Origin: Escherichia coli
GTDB lineage: Bacteria > Pseudomonadota > Gammaproteobacteria > Enterobacterales > Enterobacteriaceae
Length of the DNA: 32,000 bases
Reading direction: 5' to 3' (one strand)
Assembly: GCF_048320145.1 (NCBI RefSeq)
Contig: NZ_CP182912.1
Shown: one piece after another, positions 17,914 to 27,089 of the stretch
Position numbering within the stretch: position 1 is the first letter of the stretch
How the letters are laid out: every line of letters starts with the position of its first letter
Made by a program: the position numbers and the translations under genes
The notes under the pieces: model-generated
Told to the model about the DNA's origin: nothing
The model's database searches: none
The model's input: only the letters and a program-made list of their open reading frames with translations

Positions 17914-18247
17914 AGACCGGTTGGTGGCAGTACTGACCGGTCTGTGATGAAAGATTAATTTCACCTTAAATCCTGGTGCTGTTAGGATGCTGACGTTTTT
18001 CGGCTACACCATTCAGATTATGCAAATAAATATCTCTGAATATAATATATTCATAGCACCCATAATTCATCCTGGGCGATAACTAAACCATTTTTGAGTA
18101 ATAAATGAAACAACTGCAACACTCTTATTATTTCTGGAAAACGCCTCGCAAAAACAAAACAACATGCAAAAATCCGCTTTTTTTAAATGATTTTCCGGCG
18201 TAATTTTCGCACATACATTAATGAGTAATATAGGTAAGGTGGTGGTA

Positions 18248-18466
18248 ATGGCGATGAATACGGTTTTTCTTCATTTATCAGAAGAGGCAATTAAACGGCT
18301 GAACAAGCTTCGGGGCTGGCGTAAGGTTTCACGATCTGCAATTTTACGCGAAGCGGTAGAGCAATATCTGGAACGTCAGCAATTCCCGGTGCGTAAAGCA
18401 AAGGGAGGCAGGCAAAAGGGGGAGGTAGTTGGTGTTGATGATCAGTGTAAGGAGCATAAGGAATGA
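18248..18466 (+). CDS. yiiE: Ribbon-helix-helix (CopG/Arc/MetJ-type) DNA-binding protein
   Basis: The internal ATG at 18248 follows AAGGTGGTGG and gives 72 aa beginning MAMNTVFLHLSEEAIKRLNKL. The RHH pattern is an N-terminal beta-strand followed by two helices (SRSAILREAVEQYL). Confidence 0.88.
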   Translation: MAMNTVFLHLSEEAIKRLNKLRGWRKVSRSAILREAVEQYLERQQFPVRKAKGGRQKGEVVGVDDQCKEHKE

Positions 18467-18707
18467 CAAAAATTTTTCATTCTTGAATATAAAAAACAGA
18501 TGCCCTTATTCTGGTATTAATACAAGGCTGTTTTACTTGAACTTATAATAACTGCAACTGTTACATCATATCTGGAAAACGCCTCGCAAAAATAAAAAAT
18601 GATGCGTAAATGAGCTTTCTTTAAAGATTCGGCAAGGGTACTTTTCTCTCCATAGATTCAAAAATGATATTGGCGAGATATTTATGAACTCTCTGGCAGG
18701 TATAGAT

Positions 18708-18926
18708 ATGGGCAGAATTTTACTCGATTTATCGAATGAGGTGATTAAGCAACTTGATGATCTCGAGGTGCAGCGTAATCTTCCTCGTGCGGACCTATTA
18801 AGGGAAGCGGTAGATCAATACCTGATAAATCAATCGCAAACAGCAAGAACCAGTGTTCCTGGCATCTGGCAAGGGTGTGAGGAAGATGGTGTCGAATATC
18901 AGCGTAAGCTGCGCGAGGAATGGTAA
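18708..18926 (+). CDS. yiiF: Ribbon-helix-helix (CopG-type) protein, paralog of yiiE, antitoxin-like C-terminus
   Basis: The internal ATG at 18708 gives 72 aa beginning [33 protein letters not shown] aligns with SRSAILREAVEQYL of YiiE. The tail is [21 protein letters not shown]. Confidence 0.88.
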
Positions 18927-18975
18927 TGGGAAAAAATGATGTCAATCAGATTGCTGACAACGTGCGCGTTGTTCA

Positions 18976-19075
18976 TGCCGGATGCGGCGTGAACGCCTTA
19001 TCCGGCCTACAAAGTCGTATAAATTCAATGTATTGCAGTTTATTGGTAGGCCTGATAAGCGCAGCGCATCAGGCA
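18976..19075. repeat. BIME: two inverted REP units between convergent yiiF and fdhE
   Basis: TGCCGGATGCGGCGTGAACGCCTTATCCGGCCTAC (18976-19010) and GTAGGCCTGATAAGCGCAGCGCATCAGGCA (19046-19075) lie in opposite orientation. Confidence 0.85.
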
Positions 19076-19255
19076 ATCTTACGCTTGTCATCAGTCTCAT
19101 GCCCATAACCTTATTGATGTGGTGGTGGGTAAATTGAGGCCAAACCGGCACTGGCGGCATAGCTTGAGGTGGTAACGCGGAATACGAGAGATGGTGTCGT
19201 CACACCCTATGAGCTGTAATCCGGGCGACCTGCGCCACCCGGAAAACGTCAGAGA

Positions 19256-20185
19256 TTACTCTCCTTCACCCGGAAACAGGAACGGGTTGATGGAACTGCG
19301 GGCATAGCCTTCTTGCTCCATTCGTGCGTCCAGTACCAGAGAGGCGAGGTCATCTGCTACGGCTTCGATTTTTGGATCTTTTTCCTGATAGAGAATTTTC
19401 AGGTAAGTGCCGCAGTCATCGCAGCTTTCGGCTTTAATCGCGGCCTGTTCGTCATCCAGCGACCAGTAATGCAGTTTGCCGCTCTGCTCGCAGTTGCTGC
19501 ATTTTACGCGCACTACGTGCCATTCAGTTTCACACAGGTTGCAGTGCAGGTAACGTAGCCCCTGAGTGGTGCCAATTTGCACCATGCTGGACACCGGCAT
19601 AGAACCACAAACCGGGCAATATTGACGTTGCTCGCCGTATTCAGCGCGGGCTTTGCCGGGGATCAGATTGGCCATCTGCGCCCAGTAGAGCGACAGTGCA
19701 GCCCAGATAAACGGCGCTTTATCGCTGCTGACGGACGAGAAATCAGAGGCAAACAGCGCGCTGGCCATATCTTCCAGCTCCTGAGTCGATGCCTTCTCCA
19801 GATTCTCAATCACTGCCAGCGCCGGGCCGCTCATTTCAGGTTTCAGCTCAGCAATCAGCGCCATCAGCAGCTTTTGCCAGTGCTTATCACGCGGCAGAAC
19901 GTGAATATCCAGCGGGGGCTTGCCTTGTGCGCTGGCTTCTTTAATGCGCGCAGTCAGATCCATCTCCAGCGGATGGTCGTACAGCACCACTTCCTGGGCG
20001 TGGGCGATAAGCGCAGCAAAGCGCAGGTAATCACCCAGAGGATTATTTTCTGCCAGCTCGCGCAGACGCTCGGCGCGGCGGTTGTATAAATTCTTGAGCC
20101 GAGGGAACAATAACGGCGGAATCATATCCGCCGTACGTTTCTCGCTTGAACCCAGCTCATCTTGCGGGATTATGCGAATACTCAT
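19256..20185 (-). CDS. fdhE: Formate dehydrogenase formation/maturation protein (rubredoxin-like, four CxxC pairs)
   Basis: The 309-aa ORF contains [20 protein letters not shown] and CDDCGTY. It overlaps fdoI by 4 nt. Confidence 0.96.
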   Translation of the reverse strand: MSIRIIPQDELGSSEKRTADMIPPLLFPRLKNLYNRRAERLRELAENNPLGDYLRFAALIAHAQEVVLYDHPLEMDLTARIKEASAQGKPPLDIHVLPRDKHWQKLLMALIAELKPEMSGPALAVIENLEKASTQELEDMASALFASDFSSVSSDKAPFIWAALSLYWAQMANLIPGKARAEYGEQRQYCPVCGSMPVSSMVQIGTTQGLRYLHCNLCETEWHVVRVKCSNCEQSGKLHYWSLDDEQAAIKAESCDDCGTYLKILYQEKDPKIEAVADDLASLVLDARMEQEGYARSSINPFLFPGEGE

Positions 20186-20817
20186 TCAGCTTTCTTTTCC
20201 GTTGTCTTGCGGACCTCACGGTACCAGCGCGGGTGATGTTTCTTCGCCCAGGCGCTGGTAACCCATCCTTCCACCATGGCGGTAATCGTGCCTTTCACCC
20301 AAAGGGCGGCGTAGATATGCACCATGATAACCACAATTAACGCCACTGCGGCAAATGAATGCAGCATTAACGCGAATCGGATCACCGGGATTGAGAAAGC
20401 AGGCGCAAAATAAGGACGCCAGATAATCACGCCGCTCACCAGCAGCAGAACCAGGAAAATAATCGCCGCCCAGAAAACGCATTTCTGACCGAAGTTATAA
20501 CGCCCGGTGTCACCTACTTCCTCGTTGACGACGATCTTACGAATATTCTTCGCCCAAAAGATATCATCCCGATTGATTAGGTTGTGATGCCAGTAACGGA
20601 AAAACATGATGATGAACGAGGCAAACATAACCACGCCGACAAACGGGTGCAGAATTCGCGCCAGCTGCGGTGTGCCCATGATTTGCATCAACCAGTTGAA
20701 GGACGGGAACAAAAAGCCCAGCCCGCTCACCGCCGCCAGGATGAAGCAGAAGGCGGTGATCCAGTGGTTGATACGTTCCGGCGCGGTGTAGCGCACGATG
20801 GTGTCACGTCGTTTCAT
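20182..20817 (-). CDS. fdoI: Formate dehydrogenase-O cytochrome b556 subunit
   Basis: The 211-aa ORF has 4 TM helices with conserved His residues. It overlaps fdoH by 4 nt. Confidence 0.96.
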   Translation of the reverse strand: MKRRDTIVRYTAPERINHWITAFCFILAAVSGLGFLFPSFNWLMQIMGTPQLARILHPFVGVVMFASFIIMFFRYWHHNLINRDDIFWAKNIRKIVVNEEVGDTGRYNFGQKCVFWAAIIFLVLLLVSGVIIWRPYFAPAFSIPVIRFALMLHSFAAVALIVVIMVHIYAALWVKGTITAMVEGWVTSAWAKKHHPRWYREVRKTTEKKAE

Positions 20818-21716
20818 TTGCGCTCCTCGTCTTTCTCTTCGTGCAGATTATTCTCTTCCTCATCCGCACGGTTCGGACCGACACCCACGTAGTGGAAGAT
20901 ACTGGCCGCAAAGGTAGCCGCAAAGCCAACAGCCGCGAGCGGTTTCCAGATGCCTTTCCAGAATTTCACGGTTTCGCTGATTTCCGGGTTCTCCGGCAAG
21001 CCATGATACAGATTTGGCTTGTCAGCATGGTGCAGCACGTACATGACGTGTGTACCACCGACGCCTGCCGGATCGTACAGACCCGCATTGTCGTAACCGC
21101 GGGTTTTCAGCTCAGCAACGCGCTCGCTCGCCAGCGTTTTCATCGACTCTTTCGTACCGAAGTGAATCGCGCCCGTTGGGCAGGTCTTCACGCAGGCTGG
21201 TTCTTGCCCAACCACCACGCGGTCAACGCACAGCGTACATTTGTAGACGCGGTTGTCTTCCGGGTTGAGGCGCGGAATGTCGAACGGACAGCCCGCAATG
21301 CAATAACCGCAGCCAATGCACTGCTCGGACTGGAAGTCGACGATACCGTTGGCATACTGAATAATTGCACCTTCCGCCGGGCACGCTTTCAGGCAGCCTG
21401 GATCGGAACAGTGCATACAGCCGTCTTTGCGGATCAGCCATTCCAGTTTGTCGTTCTGCTCCACTTCCGAGAAGCGCATTACCGTCCACGATTTGGCGCT
21501 TAAATCATTGGGGTTGTCGTACACCCCAACGTTATTGCCGACGGTATCGCGAATGTCGTTCCACTCTGAACACGCCACCTGACAGGCTTTACAGCCGATA
21601 CAGGTGGTGACGTCGATGAGTTTCGCCACTTCTTCCTGGAAGTCCCGCGCTTGAGGCGCGGGGGTCAGACCGTTAGTCGCGGAACGACGAATGATATCTT
21701 GAGATTGATAAGCCAT
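20814..21716 (-). CDS. fdoH: Formate dehydrogenase-O iron-sulfur subunit
   Basis: The 300-aa ORF has ferredoxin-type Cys clusters ([42 protein letters not shown]...C) and a C-terminal TM anchor. Confidence 0.96.
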   Translation of the reverse strand: MAYQSQDIIRRSATNGLTPAPQARDFQEEVAKLIDVTTCIGCKACQVACSEWNDIRDTVGNNVGVYDNPNDLSAKSWTVMRFSEVEQNDKLEWLIRKDGCMHCSDPGCLKACPAEGAIIQYANGIVDFQSEQCIGCGYCIAGCPFDIPRLNPEDNRVYKCTLCVDRVVVGQEPACVKTCPTGAIHFGTKESMKTLASERVAELKTRGYDNAGLYDPAGVGGTHVMYVLHHADKPNLYHGLPENPEISETVKFWKGIWKPLAAVGFAATFAASIFHYVGVGPNRADEEENNLHEEKDEERK

Positions 21717-21728
21717 ATGTCGTCTCCG

Positions 21729-24700
21729 TTACACCTTTTCCACATTCACAAGGAAGGACTTAAACTCCGGCGTCTGCGTGTTCGCATCACCAACGAATGG
21801 CGTTAACGTATTGGCAATAAAGCCTTTTTTAGCTACGCCTTCATAGCCCCAGTGAATCGGAATACCGATGGTATCGATATCTTTGCCGTTCGCTTTCAGC
21901 GTGCGAATACGTTTGGTCACCACCGCTTTGGCTTTGATATAGCCACGGTTGGAGGAGACTTTCACGGTATCGCCCTGGGCAATGCCAAGTTTATTCGCCA
22001 GCGACTCACCGATTTCCACAAACTGCTCTGGCTGCAAAATCGCGTTCAACAGCGCGTGTTTGGTCCAGTAGTGGAAGTGCTCGGTCAGACGATAGGTGGT
22101 TCCGACATACGGGAACTTATCGGCTTTACCCAATGCTTCGGCGTCGTCTTTAAAGATACGTGCAGCCGGGTTCGAGATAACGTTTGGATGCAGCGGGTTA
22201 GTTCCCAGCGGCGTTTCAAACGGCTCGTAGTGTTCCGGGAACGGACCTTCCGCCATCTTATCGAGGGCAAACAGACGCCCCATGCCTTCCTGCTGCATGA
22301 TAAACGGCCCGACGCCGCTACCCGGAGGCGCTGCGCTGTAGTCCGGAATATCCCAGCCGGTCCACTTAGTGCCGTCCCATTTCAGCAACTGACGCTTCGG
22401 ATCCCACGGGTTACCCTGCGGATCTGCGGAGGCGCGGTTATACAGAATGCGGCGGTTAAGCGGCCATGCCCATGCCCAGCCCAGCGTGTTACCGAGGCCA
22501 GACGGATCGGCGTTATCACGACGCGCCATCTGGTTGCCTTCCGGCGTCCAGCTACCGGCGAAAATCCAGCAGCCACAGGAGGTTGTACCGTCATCGCGCA
22601 ATTGGGCGAACGAGCTAAGTTGTTGGCCTTTCTTGACGATAACCGCACCGGTTGCCGGATCGGTAATATCGGCCAGCGCCTTACCGTTGCTCTCCATCGC
22701 TACTTCTTCCGACTTCGGCTCATGCGGAATGGCGTAGTTCCAGGTCATGTTCAGCACCTGATCCGGGTTCGCGCCACCCTGTTCGGCATACATCTTGCGC
22801 AAGCGCAGGAAGATACCGGAGAGGATCTCACCGTCAGTCAGCGCAATCCCCGGGGCGTCCGCACCTTTCCAGTGCCACTGCAACCAGCGACCTGAGTTAA
22901 CGATTGAACCGTTCTCTTCTGCGAAGCAGGTCGATGGCAGACGGAACACTTCGGTCTGGATCTTCGACGAGTCAACTTCGTTCAGCTCACCGTGGTTCTG
23001 CCAGAAGTTAGAGGTTTCAGTGTTCAGTGGGTCGATGGTGACGAGGAACTTCAGTTTCGACAGACAACCGATCACTTTGTTTTTGTTCGGGAATGAGGCA
23101 ACAGGGTTAAAGCCCTGGCAGATATAGCCATTGACCTTGCCCTCTTTCATCATCTCGAAGTATTGCAGGACGTCGTAGCCTTTATCCCACTTCGGCAACC
23201 AGTCAAAGCCCCAGCTATTTTCCGCCGTCGCTTTATCACCAAAGAAGGCCTTCATCATAGAGACGAAGAATTTCGGGTAGTTGCCCCAGTAGTTTACCTG
23301 GCCTTCCAGCAGCGGTTTTGGCGTGTTGGCGGTAAGGTAGGTTTGCAGATCGGTCTGCTTCTCGCTTGGCAGCGTCATGTAACCTGGCAGACTCTGCGAC
23401 AGCAGCCCCAGGTCCGTCAGCCCCTGAATATTGGAGTGACCGCGCAGGGCGTTAACGCCGCCGCCGGCCATCCCCATATTGCCGAGCAGCAGCTGGATCA
23501 TCGCCATCGTACGAATGTTTTGCGCACCAACGGAGTGTTGCGTCCAGCCGAGGGCATACAGGAACGAGGCAGTTTTATCGTGAGCACTGGTTTCTGCGAT
23601 GTATTCGCAGACTTTCAGGAACGCGTCTTTTGGCGTACCACAGATGTTTTCAACCACATCTGGCGTGTAGCGGGAAACGTGCTGTTTCAGCAAGTTCCAC
23701 ACGCAGCGCGGATGTTGCAGCGTGGTATCGCGTTTGGCGAAGCCGTTTTCGTCCAGTTCATAAGTCCAGGAGGATTTATCGTACTTGCGTTTTTCCGCGT
23801 CGTAGCCGGTGAACAGGCCATCTTCAAAGCCGTAATCCTCACGCACTATCAGGCTTGCGTTGGTATAGGCTTCGGTGTATTCGCGGTTGAATTTTTCATT
23901 GTTCAGCAGGTACAGCAATACGCCTGACAGGAAAGCAATGTCAGTACCGGAACGAATAGGGGCATAGTAGTCAGCTACCGCCGCCGTACGCGTAAAGCGA
24001 GGATCGATCACAATCAGCTTCGCGCCGTTGTGAATTTTGGCTTCCATCGCCCAGCGGAACCCGACCGGGTGAGCTTCAGCGGCGTTACCGCCCATCACCA
24101 CGACGAGGTTGGCGTTCTTGATGTCGACCCAGTGGTTGGTCATCGCACCGCGACCAAATGTTGGAGCAAGACTTGCTACCGTTGGTCCGTGTCAGACACG
24201 CGCCTGGTTGTCGACCGCGAGCATACCCAGCGCGCGGGAGAATTTTTGCGTTAAATAGCCGGTTTCGTTACTCGACGCGGAAGCACACAGCATCCCGGTG
24301 GAGAGCCAGCGGTTAACAGTCACGCCTTCGGCGTTTTGCGCAATGTAGTTAGCATCGCGGTCTTCTTTCATCAGTTTGGCGATGCGATCAAACGCCTCTT
24401 CCCAACTGATTTGCTGCCATTTATCAGAACCTGGCGCACGGTATTCCGGAAACTTCAGACGGCTTTCGGAGTGGATGAAATCCACCAGGCCAGCGCCTTT
24501 CGGACAAAGTGCACCGCGGTTGACCGGGTGATCCGGATCGCCTTCGATATGGAAGATAGATGCTTTGGCGTTTTTTGCTCCGTCACCGAGGCTGTACATC
24601 AACAGCCCACAGCCTACGGAACAATAGGTGCAGGTATTACGGGTTTCGCGGGTGCGCAGCAGTTTATACTGCCGGGTTTCCGCGAGCGCTACGCTGGGTG

Positions 24701-24779
24701 CAAAACCCAGTGCCGCTGCCGTGGTGCCTGCCATACCGCCAGCGCAGATCTTAAAGAACTGCCTTCTGCTGACCTGCAT
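21729..24779 (-). CDS. fdoG: Formate dehydrogenase-O catalytic subunit, selenocysteine-containing molybdoenzyme (1016 aa with UGA read as Sec)
   Basis: Two track ORFs (24192-24779 and 21729-24143) are in the same frame. They are joined across TGA 24192-24194 in the context ARV-U-HGPTVASLAPTFGRGAMTNHW. The ORF has a Tat signal (SRRQFFKICAGGMAGTTAAALGFAPSVALA) and an N-terminal Fe-S motif (CTYCSVGCG). AAGGAG lies upstream of the ATG at 24779. Confidence 0.96.
24152..24194 (-). promoter_or_regulatory. Selenocysteine UGA plus SECIS stem-loop
   Basis: The mRNA reads UGA-CAC-G GACCAA C GGUAGCAAGUCUUGCUCC AACAU UUGGUC. The lower stem pairs GACCAA (24187-24182) with UUGGUC (24157-24152). The apical hairpin GGUAGCAA-GUC-UUGCUCC (24180-24163) has a bulged U, the same layout as the fdhF SECIS. 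Confidence 0.85.
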
Positions 24780-24972
24780 GGATTGCTCCTTGTTTCGACA
24801 TTGTCACGTCCCATTTACATTCGCTTGCTGCGTGTGCAGGGAGTGGGAGTTATTTTTCTTTGCGGAAGGGGCCGCAAAGGTCCAGAATTGGCTCAATTTC
24901 CCTCCATCCAGGAAGGGTTTGTAACAGAATACCATAATGTTGGTGTGTGTGTTCTTATCCGGTTAAGAGAAA

Positions 24973-25806
24973 GTGAAAAAAACACAGCGAAAAGAAATCG
25001 AAAATGTGACAAATATCACAGGTGTTCGTCAAATTGAGTTATGGCGGCGTGATGATTTACAACACCCACGGTTAGATGAGGTCGCGGAAGAAGTTCCCGT
25101 TGCGCTGGTCTACAACGGCATTTCGCATGTGGTGATGATGGCGTCGCCCAAAGACCTTGAGTACTTTGCGCTCGGTTTTTCGCTTTCCGAGGGGATAATA
25201 GAAAGTCCGCGCGATATCTTCGGCATGGATGTCGTTCCTTCCTGTAATGGTCTTGAAGTACAAATTGAGCTTTCCAGCCGCCGCTTTATGGGGTTGAAGG
25301 AGCGCCGCCGGGCGCTGGCGGGACGTACGGGCTGTGGCGTATGCGGCGTGGAGCAACTTAATGACATCGGAAAACCGGTGCAGCCGCTACCGTTCACCCA
25401 GACGTTTGATCTCAACAAACTGGATGATGCATTACGTCATCTCAACGATTTTCAGCCAGTGGGGCAACTGACTGGTTGTACTCACGCCGCTGCCTGGATG
25501 TTGCCATCTGGCGAACTGGTCGGCGGGCATGAAGACGTGGGTCGCCATGTGGCGCTGGACAAACTGTTAGGCCGCCGGTCACAAGAAGGGGAAAGCTGGC
25601 AGCAAGGTGCGGTACTGGTTTCCAGTCGTGCCAGTTATGAAATGGTGCAAAAGTCGGCGATGTGCGGCGTAGAGATTTTGTTTGCGGTGTCTGCCGCGAC
25701 CACGCTTGCTGTAGAAGTGGCTGAGCGTTGTAATCTGACGCTGGTGGGTTTTTGTAAGCCGGGTCGGGCAACGGTTTATACCCATCCGCAGCGTTTGAGC
25801 AATTAA
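24973..25806 (+). CDS. fdhD: Formate dehydrogenase sulfurtransferase/accessory protein
   Basis: The 277-aa ORF has a GTG start and begins [14 protein letters not shown]. The conserved GRTGCGVCG loop is present. It is divergent from fdoG. Confidence 0.95.
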
Positions 25807-25810
25807 TTAA

Positions 25811-25849
25811 AATAAGTCCTGCGATATATATTAAATTGCAGGACTTATT
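25811..25849 (+). terminator. Long AT-rich hairpin just after fdhD stop
   Basis: AATAAGTCCTGC-N15-GCAGGACTTATT is a perfect 12-bp stem followed by CATTT (a weak U-tract). Confidence 0.4.
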
Positions 25850-25882
25850 CATTTCGTGAATTTTATTATTTTATTTATAAAT

Positions 25883-25912
25883 AAAACGCGTGTAGTGGCG
25901 TTTTCTTTTTTC
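25883..25912 (+). terminator. Intrinsic terminator downstream of fdhD
   Basis: AAAACGC-gtgtagtg-GCGTTTT is a 7-bp stem followed by CTTTTTTC. The A-tract on the 5' side gives it bidirectional-type symmetry. Confidence 0.6.
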
Positions 25913-25958
25913 ATTTATTATGTTCACTCTCTTATCTATATATTTATAAGGCAATTAA

Positions 25959-26999
25959 ATGAAAAGGAATTTATTATCTTCCGCTATTATAGTCGCCATC
26001 ATGGCCCTCGGTCTGACGGGTTGTGATGATAAAAAAGCCGAAACAGAAACGCCCCCGCCTGCCAATAGTCAACCTGCCGCACCAGCTCCTGAAGCTCCCG
26101 TTGCAAAAGCAGAAGCTAAACCTGAAACACCTGCGCAACCGGTGGTCGATGAACAAGCGGTTTTCGACGAAAAAATGGATGTCTATATCAAGTGCTATAA
26201 CAAGTTACAGATCCCTGTACAGAGCAGTCTGGCGCGTTATGCTGACTGGCTGAAAGATTTTAAACAGGGGCCTACCGGTGAAGAGCGTACTGTTTATGGC
26301 ATCTACGGCATTAGTGAATCCAACCTCGCTGAGTGTGAAAAAGGCGTAAAAAGTGCTGTGGCGTTAACGCCTGCGCTGCAACCTATTGATGGCGTGGCGG
26401 TGAGTTATATCGATGCTGCCGTGGCGTTGGGTAATACCATTAACGAAATGGATAAATATTACACCCAGGAAAATTATAAAGACGATGCGTTTGCGAAAGG
26501 GAAAACGCTGCACCAGACATTCTTAAAAAATCTGGAAGCCTTTGAAGCTGTAGCAGAATCTTATCATGCGGCGATTCAGGAAATTAACGATAAGCGCCAG
26601 CTTGCGGAACTGAAAAATATTGAAGAAAGAGAAGGGAAAACATTCCACTATTACTCTCTGGCAGTCATGATTTCAGCGAAACAAATTAATAACCTGATAT
26701 CGCAAGATAAGTTTGATGCAGAAGCGGCAATGAAGAAAGTGTCTGAACTGGAAACGCTGGTGGCGCAGGCCAAAGAAGCGGATAAAGGCGGCATGAATTT
26801 CTCGTTTATTAATTCGGCAGGCCAGTATCAACTCGAGGCTAAAAAATACGTTCGCCGCGTCAGAGATAAAGTCCCGTACTCTGACTGGGATAAAGAGCAA
26901 CTGCAGTACGCAAACTCAAGCTGGATGGTCGACGACTCTTTCCCGAGAGCATTACGCGAGTACAACGAAATGGTTGATGACTATAATAGCCTGCGTTAA
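25959..26999 (+). CDS. yiiG: Lipoprotein of unknown function (DUF3829-type)
   Basis: The 346-aa ORF has the signal peptide and lipobox MKRNLLSSAIIVAIMALGLTG/C. This is followed by a Pro/Ala/Glu-rich linker (ETETPPPANSQPAAPAPEAPVAKAEAKPETPAQP) and a helical domain. Confidence 0.88.
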   Translation: MKRNLLSSAIIVAIMALGLTGCDDKKAETETPPPANSQPAAPAPEAPVAKAEAKPETPAQPVVDEQAVFDEKMDVYIKCYNKLQIPVQSSLARYADWLKDFKQGPTGEERTVYGIYGISESNLAECEKGVKSAVALTPALQPIDGVAVSYIDAAVALGNTINEMDKYYTQENYKDDAFAKGKTLHQTFLKNLEAFEAVAESYHAAIQEINDKRQLAELKNIEEREGKTFHYYSLAVMISAKQINNLISQDKFDAEAAMKKVSELETLVAQAKEADKGGMNFSFINSAGQYQLEAKKYVRRVRDKVPYSDWDKEQLQYANSSWMVDDSFPRALREYNEMVDDYNSLR

Positions 27000-27020
27000 A
27001 CGTTTTTGATGATAAATGCA

Positions 27021-27045
27021 GTGTCGGATGCGGCGCATCCGACAC
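27021..27045. terminator. Perfect hairpin between convergent yiiG and frvR
   Basis: GTGTCGGATGC-ggc-GCATCCGACAC is an 11-bp stem. There is no U-tract on either strand, so its terminator function is uncertain. Confidence 0.35.
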
Positions 27046-27089
27046 AGTTCACCCCTTGTGAAGTAACTCCATAAATGCCTCATATCCTG

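Noticed and set aside
18105-18203. A 32-codon ORF (MKQLQHSYYFWKTPRKNKTTCKNPLFLNDFPA) overlapping the conserved box upstream of yiiE
   Set aside because: There is no SD. In the paralogous copy upstream of yiiF the start codon is missing and the same frame hits stops (AAA TAA). The conservation is therefore at the DNA level, not coding.
19220-19243. TCCGGG-N12-CCCGGA hairpin as the fdhE terminator
   Set aside because: It has a 6-bp stem with a large loop and no U-tract on the minus strand. It is possible but unsupported.
21729-24779. fdoG as a disrupted gene or pseudogene (two ORFs, 24192-24779 and 21729-24143, separated by a stop)
   Set aside because: The stop is TGA in the conserved selenocysteine context and is followed by a SECIS-like stem-loop. 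Both pieces are in one frame (3051 nt in total), so this is a single selenoprotein gene.
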